Assembly (NCBI RefSeq): GCF_030144855.1
Contig: NC_082712.1
Coordinates: 137,764,001-137,828,000, forward strand
Origin: Hypanus sabinus
Lineage: Eukaryota
DNA: 64,000 nt
Direction: 5' to 3'
Below the pieces are notes generated by a model. It worked only from the letters and a program-made list of their open reading frames with translations. It did no database searches and had not been told where the DNA came from. A program made the position numbers and the translations under genes. This document shows, piece by piece, positions 30,290 through 41,200 of this stretch. The first letter of the stretch is position 1. Each line of letters opens with the position of its first letter.

Positions 30290-32000
30290 TGTAGGGCAAG
30301 AGGATCAGATGTGAAAGAATTGGACCTATCAAGTGTGACTGGGAAAATGTATGGAACCAGAGTAATAGCAGAGGTACTTAAGTATTCACTATGGAAAAAG
30401 ATCTTGGTGATTGTAGGAACACAGAAAATGCTGGTGGAATGCAGCAGGCCAAGCAGCATCTAAGTACTGTCGTTTCAGGCTGAGACCCTTTGTCAGTGCT
30501 TCTTGTAGATGCTGCTGTGTTCCACCACCATTTTGTGTGTTGCTTGAATTTACAGCATCTGCAGATTAAATCATGTTTGATTTTAGGGATGACTTGCAGC
30601 AGACTGAAATGCTTAAGGATGTAGGTATTAAAGGATGTGCTGGAGCTTTTGGAAAGCAAGTTGGACAAGTCACTGGGACTGGATGAGATGTACCCCAGGC
30701 TACTGAGGGAGGAGATTGCTGAGCCTCTGGTGATCAGGGGTTGCGAATGTTCATTTATTCAAGAAAGAGTGGAGCTAGCCCAGGAAATTACAGATTAGTG
30801 AGCCTTACTTCAGTGGTTGGCAAGTTGACGAGAGGCAGGATTTATGAACATTTGGAGAGAGATGATTAGGAAAAGTCAGCTTTGTCAAGGGCAGGTCATG
30901 CTGTATTGAAAATTTTTGAGGATGTGACTAAACACATTGATGAAGGAAGAGTAGTAGATGTATATGGATTTCAGCAAGGCTTATTGAGAAAGTAAGGAGG
31001 CATAGGATTCAAGGGGATATTACTTTGTGGTTCCAGAACTGGCTTTCCCACAGAAGGCAATGAGCGGTCAATATTTTACATGGAGGTTGGTGACCAGTGG
31101 TGTGCTTCAGAGACCCCTGCTCTTTGTGATTTTTATTAATGTTCTGGATGAGGAAGTGGAGGAATGGGTTAGTAAATTTGCTAATGACACAGGTTGGAGG
31201 TGTGGAGGGCTGTCAGCACGACATTGATAGGATGCAAAACTGGGCTGAGAAGTGAGATGGAGGTCAACCCAGGTAAGTGCGAAGTGGTTCATTTTGTTAG
31301 GTCAAATATGATGGCAGAATATAGTAATGGTAAGACTTGGCAGTGTGGAGGATCAGAGGGATCTTGGGGTCTGAGTTCATAAGATGCTAAAAGCAGCTGC
31401 ACAGGTTGACTGGTTAAGAAGGCATGTGGTATATTGGCCTTTGTCAATCATGGAATTGAATTTAGGAGCCGAGAGATAATGTTACAGCTATATAGAACCC
31501 TGTTCAGACCCCACTTGGTGTACTACAGGGAGGATGTGGAAACCATAGAAAGGACGCAGAGGAGATTTGCAAGAATGTTGTCTGGATTGGGGAGCATGCC
31601 TTATGAAAACAGGTTGAGTGAACTTGGCCTTTTCTCCTTGGTGTGATGGATTAGAGGTGTATAAGATGATGAGAGGCATTGATCATGTGGGTGGTCAGAA
31701 GCTTTTTCCCAGGGCTGAAATGGTTGCTATAAGAGGACACAGGTTTAAGGTGCGGGGGAGTAGGTACAGAGGAGATGTTGAGTAAGTTTTTTTACGCAGT
31801 GGTGAGTACACAGAATGGGCTGCCAGCAACAGTGGTGGAGGTGGGTATGATAGTGTCTTTTAAGAGACTTTTGGATAGGTACATAGAGCTCAAAAATAGA
31901 GGGTTATAGAGGCCTAGTAATTTCTAAGTTAGGGACATGTTCAGCACAACTTTGTGGGCTGAAGAGCCTGTACTGTGCTGTGGGTTTTCTATGTTTCTAT
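30290..32000 (+). mobile_element. Degenerate CR1 LINE (RT and 3' UTR) with an inserted Penelope-tail short repeat (~30415-30570)
   Basis: Same family as 49710-51435 (WVSKFAND, ETIERTQRRF); ends in tttctatg tail repeats. Confidence 0.85.
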
Positions 32001-32019
32001 ATGTTCTGCCTGTAGAATG

Positions 32020-32150
32020 CCTGGGGTTTTTTTCTGGGTATTCCAGTTTCCTCCCATGGCCTGTAGACCTACTGGTTAGGTTAATTGGTCATTGAAAATT
32101 GTCTTGTGATTAGGCTAGGGTTAAATGGAATTGCTGGGTGGTGTGGTTCA
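32020..32150 (+). mobile_element. V-SINE/HE1-like fragment
   Basis: ccagtttcctccca...ctggttaggttaattggtcattgaaaattgtc resembles the V-domain; similar remnants on the minus strand near 7200-7370, 28290-28450 and 53000-53170. Confidence 0.55.
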
Positions 32151-33539
32151 AAAGTCCTAATTTTTTTAAAAAAGCCCCCACCACTGTTTAAAATGACTTT
32201 GCATAATGGAAGGACAATCTGAATTGTCTAATAATCAATTCCATGTGGCCTAGCTGCAGTTTACAATGCTGTACATTATTTCCTGACTCTTGAACTCCAT
32301 TTCTTGAGGCAAGTGTACCATCTGCTTTGACCATCCTATCAACCTGTGACTACTTCCAGGGAGCTATAGACTTGCATCCTGACATCTTTCTGCTCTTTCG
32401 TCCCTTTACATTTGATGCCCCGAAATGCAACATTTTTCATTTGGTTGGGTTCAACTGCACTTCTGCCAATTTCCCCTCCCTATCTGCAACTAGTCTATCA
32501 CAGTGTTCTTTAGCAGTCTTCCATGCTGTCCACAGAGTCTGCATCTTCAATTAACTTACCGATTCACATACTCATTCAGGTCACCTACATATATCAAAAA
32601 CCTGGGGTCCTAATATGGCTCCTTGCGGAACACCATTAATCAAGATCTCTGGCCAGAATTAAGTTCCGTCGACTACTACCCTCTCTTTAGGCAAGCCAAT
32701 CCACTGAGTTCTATGAAGTAGTGCTATATGCAGGATAAAAAACTTTTAAAAAAATCCGATTCTAAGTAAAGATATCACCAGAATCTCCCCGCGTTGATTC
32801 CAGCAAGTCATTCTCATGCATATTCTGCTGAATGTCTTTCTTTGCCTTTCCTAAAGGAGAACTGACTTACTTCGGCTTCCAATAGCTAGCGACGTACAAA
32901 AAGGTTCCTGCTTTCCATTTTACCAGGTAAAATTGAGCACTTCAGACATTCGGAGAAACTGGGTCAGTGACGGAAAGCCCGAGCAGATAATTTTTCAGGG
33001 GTGGTTTGAAGAGGTCAACTAAATTTTACGGAGGAACTGTAATAGCTCGAAGCTAAAGTACCTTAAAACGTTATCATTAATGGAAAAGTTTAGAAACTTG
33101 ATAGCGTGAATTGGAATTCAGACGTTAATGGCAGAAATTCACAGGAACAGACTTGCAGTGCAGTTTTAACTTCAAGTGCACTGCCGGAGAAGTGGGAGTA
33201 TTGTTTTGAGGAATTGTTATTTCCATGATTTAAGCTGTTTTCCGTCTACTGTGTGCAAAGATAATTATTCTGCAAGTTTTGTTAAGCCAGCGCTTTTGAC
33301 GCAGTTCATGACATCAACTGTAAACAGGGATTTGCTTCCAAAAACAGTCGTTACGTTTACCACAATTAATCCAATTAAAATCGAACGATTGGACAACAAT
33401 TTGATAGTGCCTAATTAGCTATTATAATTCCTAGTTTTTGTCCCATAAAGACCGCAAACATTTGCTTATCTTACATTAATGCTTTATAAACCCAAGTAAC
33501 TGCCTGGTTGAATCATTCAGCGAAATTATATTTTGAAAA

Positions 33540-33963
33540 TCGGATTGGCAAATTCACAAACGCCACGAAGAACAAAAATGAATTAATAACAACTGTGGGA
33601 GAGGTCTGTTGAGTGGGTTTATTCAACACAAGTGGTGATCGTATTGGTGACGCATTTGGGGGTGATTTGCGGCTTCTCCCGTGCTTTGGTCGGAATTTCC
33701 CGTGTGACGTTATGGAAACTGTGGTGCCTGACGATGCAGCATATGTTTCTACGTGATTTCCTTCTGGAGAGGGGATCTTTCGGATTACAGAAGACAAGCA
33801 TTGCCCTCGATTCGTTGTTCATTGTTAGTGTTCGGGCTTTGGGAGCACCAAGTAGTGTTCAAGTTATCAGAAGATAAAGGCAAGGTTGCGTTGGTGTTAA
33901 ACTGATCAAGTGAGGCCATCTTCCTTTGGTGTCGTGGCTCGGCTACAAGGCTGTTTCGGTGAC
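33540..33963 (+). promoter_or_regulatory. Putative promoter/5' leader of the PPP1R15-like gene
   Basis: Local CpG enrichment; inverted CCAAT boxes (ATTGG ~33544, ~33643); TGACGCA ~33648; kappaB site GGAATTTCCC 33692-33701; TGACGTTA 33705-33712. Confidence 0.6.
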
Positions 33964-34105
33964 ATGGTTCCCGTCAAGCACATTCACAATCAACACCCAA
34001 CCACCTTTTTCGCCAGGGTTAGTTGTTCACTCTCCATCCTGTGGCACTGTGGGCTGATTCTGCTGACACAAGTCTTTCTTGGACTGTTGATTAAGCTCCA
34101 TGCAG
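33964..34105 (+). CDS. PPP1R15-like exon 1 (hydrophobic N-terminus)
   Basis: gacATGG Kozak context; MVPVKHIHNQHPTTFFARVSCSLSILWHCGLILLTQVFLGLLIKLHA; strong donor CAG|gtaag; phase 1 fits the 35674 acceptor. Confidence 0.7.
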
Positions 34106-37100
34106 GTAAGCGGAACCCCTGAAGAGCAGGGGACGCGGGAATAAAAAAAGTTTGTCTCTGTCGAATGAGTTTGTAGGGAATTCTAAACCAAGACCCTTGG
34201 TGCGCAGAACGTTATAATTGATGGGGAGTGTTTTTCGTGATCTCTCACGTTTCAGTCGCGTGTTGTGTGTCTGTGTTTGACATTTACTGGTTGAGATCAC
34301 AGGAAAAGCATTGGCACCTATGGTAAACCTTGGCCATTCGTCTTTCTGAACGGCTCCATTCGGGTAAACGCTTTGGTAATCTGAGCGAGCTTTATTAAAG
34401 CAAGTGCTTGTTATGAAGTCACAAACACGAGGAAGTCTGCAGATGCTGGAAATCCAAAGCAAAACACAAACACACAACGCTGGAGGAACTCGGCAGTCTC
34501 TATAGAAAAAAAGAGTAAACGATCGACGTTTCTGGCTGAGACTCTTCACCAGGACTGGAAAGAAGAGAAGCCAGAGTGGGAGAAAGGGGAGGAAGAAGTG
34601 CAAGGTGATAGCTGATGGATGAAACCGGGAAGGTGGGGGGGGGGGTGAAGTAAAGAGCTGAGAAGTTGATGTTGAAAGAGATAAAGGCTTGTGGAAGGGG
34701 GAATCTGATAGGAAAGGATAGAGGACCATGGGAGAAAGGGAGATGAGGTGAGAGGGGAAGCAGGAATGAGGAAAGGTGAAGGACGGGTGGGGATGACCAG
34801 AATTTCAAAAAATCAATGTTCATGCCATCAGGTTGGAGGCGAGTTAGAGAAAATATTGCCATACATTGTTTCTTTCTTAGTATAACAGCCATGTCTGAGT
34901 TAAATAGTGTTGCTTGTAGCTCTTGTGGATTTCATGCCTTAGATTTTATGAAATAATTGGATTGTGATGAATTTTTAAAGGTAGATCTATGTTGGGATTT
35001 ATGCATAAATATGTAACACCCCAATTTTACTGAATGTAAATTGTAACTGTGACAGTGAGGTAGTTCTGTCTTCAATTCTAACTTGGGATTACTGTTACTT
35101 CTGCTCACTAGTTCTCACTAAATTTGCTTGACAGCAAGATGATGCTTTTTAGGGACATTGGCAGGAAGGGTATTGCAAGAAAGGGGAGGGAGTTTTTCTT
35201 TTTAACCATTGAGTTATAATAATATCAGGTTAGGTCTTGAAACAAGCTTGATGGCTGGTGCCATACTGACTGTCCAGCTTCGTACGTACAACACACACAA
35301 AATTCTGGTTGCTCTGGATTTCTAGCATCTGTCAAATCTCTTGTGTTTATCACTTAATGAGCATTCATTTGCAGATCTGAAGGATTGGAAAATATAGGTG
35401 TATACAATGACCATTTGATGTATTTAAGGAATCATGAAGGAGCTGGGGAGATGGGGTTGCGTGAATGTGCATTTGATTCTTATTGGACCAAGACTTCAGT
35501 TGAATTCTGATGGTACACCACATCCTCTGTCTTTGAGAAACGTGAAACTGAAGGGATCTGGGGTGGCCTGTCTGTTTTCAGCCTAATCACATATATTGAT
35601 AAGTTATTAATACTTGGCATGCTTGCAATTATGCCATCGTAGCCAATTTCATCTTGGATTTGATATTTTGCAGTTCTTCAGCTGTCCGTATCATCACATC
35701 TCAAGCCTATAGACAAGGGGCCACCAAGCAGTGAACAAGTGGTTGAAGTCAAAAAATGCGACGAAAGATTACTGAACAGGTTTGGAAGAGCAGAAAGAGC
35801 ATTTGGTATCAATGATGACAGTAGCCTGCAGTGCAGATTCATAAAGACTGCCAAAGGAATTAATTCTCAATTGACCTTAAATGAATGTAATTTAACTGAC
35901 CACAAAATAATCTCCATGCTTCCATTTAAATCAGAAAAAAATGCTCAGCCCAGTACTGAGGAGGACTATTGTCAACCTTATCTGAATAATAAGATCAACC
36001 AAGAGTTCTTCAGAGATGATGCTAACTGTACGACTGATGGCAAATGTGTGGTTGTCAGGTACCCTGTCAATCAAAGTGCATTTACAAAAATGATTATGAG
36101 AGAATGGAAGATTAAAGAGGATGATCAAGAAGCTTGCAGTTCGACTGATGATGAAGAATGGGATGACTCTGAAGAATCATCCACTCAGTGCGATAGTCAT
36201 GAATCACTTAGTGATGAGGAACAGAATGAAATCCTTTGGAAATCTTTCTTTACAACAGACATCTACAATCCATGGAATTTTTCTGCACAACTTACTAGTT
36301 CTTCCACAAGAATAGTCACTGAAGATTTAAAGGAACAGTGTTTAGAAAAGAATGTGAAGAGGAATGCCAGCACAGCTAAAGTAAATGTATCATTTGCACA
36401 GAAACCAATTTTACCACAGAGACATTTCCAACACTTTTGCAAACTTGGTGCTAGGGAAAGTGTCAAATTCCATGTGTGGAGAAAGTCATCGAAATGCACT
36501 AAACTTGAAAAAGGAGACAAAGTGATGGGTAAACCAACCTGTAAAAAGGTATGTCCATATCAAATATTTATTCTTTCTTTCATCTTTGGAATTGTTTTGT
36601 TTTCTATAAAAATATCATAATGCACAGTGAAAATGTTGAACCTTCCTAGGAATTTAGGCAATGTTTGCAGAGACAGAAGCAGTTAATATTTCAGTTCACC
36701 AACTGTTCAATCTTTCCATGTTTTAATTTATTTCTGACATTTTCAACCTGACTTCTAAAAATTAGGTAATATCATCCACAACCGTCATGTCTAGAATGCT
36801 AACAAAGCAAAATTATCTGTTTTGGAATAAGTTATCCATTTGGTTTATTTTTTGCATTTTCTCATTTCACAAGGCTTCAGTTGTTTTAATTGAAATGCCA
36901 ATGACTGGTGTGTAATCCACTGAAATGCTTCTGTTTAAGGAGAAAGGGAAAGCAAGTCTGATTAGCTTCATATCAGTGGAATTCTTGTACCACTTAAGGA
37001 GAATCACAGCAGAAAATGGTGATAGGAGGTGTAGGTAGGGAACAGGGAGAAAGTGGAAGGGGTGGAGAGTGTTGTCGTTGGATTGTGTTTTCTGCTTCAT

Positions 37101-38158
37101 AAAAAAAGAGCATTGTGGAAAAAGAGATTTTTGATGAGAATGCTTTTTGACTTCCAGTTCACATGGGACTTGAGTCTGAACTAAAGCCAGTGAAGTTAAT
37201 GGTTACCATTCTAACAAGTAGAAATAGCCGATTATTTTAGAAGATAATGGAAGCTAGAAAGTGGAAGTTATGGAGAAGGTATAGCTTGGGAGTATGAAAA
37301 TAGAAAGAGTTTAAATGGTTAAAGTTAAGGGGCAGAGTCTAACTATAAACTATACATTTGAATGGATTGAATGATGACAAAGTAGGAAAAGCAGAATATG
37401 GTAAATGTGGAAGCTCCATGCAGAGGGCTGAGGGGTTCTTCAGCGTGTACTGGCATTTGCTAGGTTGCAGTATTGAGAAATTGATGGCTTGTCAGGAATG
37501 TTTTGTTGATTATTAAGTTAATTCATTAAAAAAAACAAGAGTAACAATTACAATTACAATTGACTCTCACAGCTACCTGGACTATTCCTCTTCCCACCCT
37601 GTCTCTTGCAAAAATGCTATTCCCTTCTCACAATTCCTCCGTCTCCACTGCATCTGCTCTCACGATGAGGCTTTTCATTCCAGGACGAAGGAGATGTCTT
37701 CCTTTTTTAAACAAAGGGGCTTCCCTTCTTCCACCATCAACTCTGCTCTCAAATGCATCTCTCCCATTTCCTGCACATCTGCCCTCACCCCATCCGCTCA
37801 CCACCCCACTCGGGATAGGATTCCCCTCGTCCTCACCTAACACCCCACCAGCCTCCAGGTCCAATGTATAATTCTCCATAACTTCTGTTACCTCCAACGG
37901 GATCCCACCACAAAGCACATCTTTCCCTTTCCACAGGGATCGCTCCCTATGCGACTCCCTTGTCCAATCGTCCCCCCCATCCCTTCCCACCGATCTTCCT
38001 CCTAGCACTTATCCTTGTAAGTGGAACAAATGCTACACCTGCCCTTACACTTCCTCCCTCACCAGCATTCAGGGCCCCAGACAGTCCTTCCAGGTGAGGC
38101 GACACTTCACCTGTGAGTCGGCTGGTGTGGTATACTGCATCTAGTGCTCCCGGTGTGG

Positions 38159-38207
<49 letters not shown>

Positions 38208-41200
38208 TGAGACCCAACGCAGACTGGGAGACCATTTCACTGAACACCTACGCTCTGTCAGCCAGAGAAAGCAGAATCTTCCAGTGGCCACACATTTTAA
38301 TTCCACGTCCCATTCCCATTCTGATATGTCTATCCATGGCTTCCTCTACTGTCAAGATGAATCCACACTCAGGTTTGTGGAACAACACCTTATATACCGG
38401 CTGGGTAGCCTCCAACCTGATGGCATGAACATCAACTTCTCTAACTTCCGTTAATGCCTCTCCTCTCCTTCCCCACCCCTCCTTTTTTTCTTCTCTCTTT
38501 CTGCCCATCACTTTGCCTGTTCTCCATCTCCCTCTGGTGCTCCCCTCCCCCTTTCTTTCTCCCTGGGCCTCCCATCCCATGATCTTTTCCCTTCTCCAGC
38601 TCTATATCCCTTTTGTCAATCACCTTTCTGGCTCTCAGCTTCACCCCACCCCCTCTGGTCTTCTATTATTTCGCATTTCCCCTCCCCCTCCTACTTTCAA
38701 ATCTCTTACTATCTTTCCTTTCAGTTAGTCCTGACGAAGGGTCTCGGCCCGAAACGTCAACAGTGCTTCTCTCTATAGATGCTGCCTGGCCTGCTGTGTT
38801 CTACCAGCATTTTGTGTGTGTTGCTTGAATTTCCAGCATCTGCAGATTTCCTCATGTAACAATTACAAAGCTTGTGATAAAATAATGGAAAACACAGGAA
38901 CGTGATAGTGAGAGATAATCTCTGTATGGTTTCTCAGATCATGATCATGAGGGTGGGGGAGCAACTGGGTGAGAAAGCATTTGTTTAGACCAGGGGTCAG
39001 CAACCTTTACCACTGAAAGAGCCACTTGGACCCGTTTCCCACAGAAAAGAAAACACTGGGAGCCGCAAAACCCGTTTGACATTTAAAATGAAATAGCACT
39101 GCATACGACGTTTTTTTTGCCTTTATGCTATGTATAAACAAACTATAATGTGTTGCATTTATGAAATTGATGAACTCCTGCAGAGAAAACGAAATTACAT
39201 TTCTGCATGCAACAAAAACATTTTGAACTCCGAAAAAAAGACGTTGGGTTGAAAGTTACTTTTAAGTAAAATACTCAATGTCTATTTGAGTCCTTCTTGT
39301 ATTTATGAAAAACGCCAAACTTAAATTTTCCGCCAGCAGCAAACCAAAAATAACATCAGCCAGCTGTCAGCCTGAAAAATAAAAGGACTATTTCACTGAA
39401 CAATGAAAAAATATGAATATACATAAAATAATAGGCAATTAAAATATTTATCATACTTGGTTAATGGGATTTCTGCTCCTGGACCTCAGCGCACAGCGTC
39501 TGCACATCAGGGCTGTATGACGTCACCTTCATCTTTACACAGGATCGCAAGCTGTCATCTGTGAGGCGTGCGCGATGTTTGTTTTTAATAAAGTTCATGT
39601 TGGAGAACACCTGCTCACATACATATGTGGATCCAAAGATTGACAGGACTCCAAGCGCATACTTTTTCATGTTTACATAAATGTCGGGCATAGCATTCCA
39701 TGTTTCGAACACAAGTTTGTCCGGTTTTGGAAGGTTTTCAATATCACTCCATTTGTGATTCTGAGCAAGAACGGCCTTCTGACGGGCAACATCTTCAAGG
39801 TCTGCTGTCAAGCGTCTAAACTTGGACACCCATATGTCTTTGTCGGCTATGTCGGCCAGTTCCATCTCAAGATCAGGTTGACTCACACCTGCCAATGCAG
39901 TCGTATTCAGTAGGGAAGGATCGATGCTTAAGGGAGTGACCGGGAAGGATAATGTGTTTTTTTCCTCTCTGAACTCACAGAAGCGTTTCCCAAACGATGT
40001 TTGCATTGCGATGATTGCAGAATGTAAATACTCCGAAATTATCATGTCGTGACCTTGTTTGAACTCTCTCAAATTGGGGAAGTGAGACAAAGTGCCTTTC
40101 TGTAAATCTCTGGCAAGCACTGTCAACTTGCGCTCGAATGCCAAGACATCCTCCAACATGTGCAGGGCTGTGCGTCCTTTCCCCTGAAGAGCTGTGTTCA
40201 GCGTGTTCAGGTGCGCTGTCATGTCTACCATGAAGTGTAGCTTTTCCAGCCACTCTGGCTGTTCCAGCTCAGGAAAGGTGAGCCCTTTGCTGCCCAGGAA
40301 AGTTTTCACTTCTTCCAGACACGCGACAAAGCGTTTCAGCACCTCCCCTTTGGACAGCCACCGGACTTTGTTGTGCAGCAGGAGATCAGAATATGCGCTT
40401 TCCAGCTCGTCCAGTAACAAACGGAATTGACGGTGATTTAAACTTTTTGCCATTATTTTATTGACAGTCTGAATGACAACATCCATTACTTCTGTGCATT
40501 CCGGAGGAAATGTTTGAGCGCACAGTGCCTCTTGGTGCAAGATGCAGTGAAAAGTCAGCAGCTTTCTGTCCAGCGACTTCTGCAGTAAAGCCACAATTCC
40601 CTTGTGCGTTCCCGTCATGTTCGGTGCCCCCATCAGTAGCTACTGACACCAGATGGGTGGTCTTTATTCCTTTGGCTCTTAAACAATTCAAGACAGCCTC
40701 ACAGATGTCCTCCCCCCGTGTTTGGTCTTTTAGAGGTATCAACTCAATCAGTTCTTCCTGTGGCCCGGCAGAGTTTACATACCGGCAGAACAACGCTATT
40801 TGTTCAATATCACCTTTGTCTTTAGACTCGTCACAGGCAATCGAGTAGGCCACAGCTGAATTGATGTCTTTAATTTGCTGTCTTGTGATGTCTTCTGCCA
40901 TTTTTATGGTTCTGTCTTTGACAGTCTTTGCAGAGAGGGGCATATCCCTGATTTTCTGCACAATTTCACTCTTGTTTTTAAAGTCCGTGAATAGATGTTC
41001 TGAAATCTTAATGAAAGATTCTTTTATATATTCACCATTTGTAAACTGCTTCCCGTGCCTGACTATTTCCTGAGCGGCAATATAACTGGTGTATGTCGTT
41101 GATTTTCCAGACTTCATCCATTTCTGGAAATGATTTTTGCTCAGATCAACCTTCCGCATCAGTTGCGAAACGGCTTTTTTTCTCTCATCTCCATCCGGAT

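Larger units (their letters stand above)
37554..38855 (+). mobile_element. 5'-truncated Penelope-like element (GIY-YIG endonuclease region and tail)
   Basis: YIGETQRRLGDHFTEHL...PVATHFN...EQHLIYRLGSLQPDGMN; 13-bp direct repeat gtaacaattacaa at 37541-37553 and 38856-38868. Confidence 0.88.

Noticed and set aside
34091-34729. 212-aa minus-strand ORF
   Set aside because: Mostly the low-complexity Penelope tail read through into intron sequence.
35682-35684. Alternative acceptor ttcttcag|35682 for PPP1R15-like exon 2
   Set aside because: Phase 0 is incompatible with the phase-1 donor at 34105; 35674 keeps the frame.
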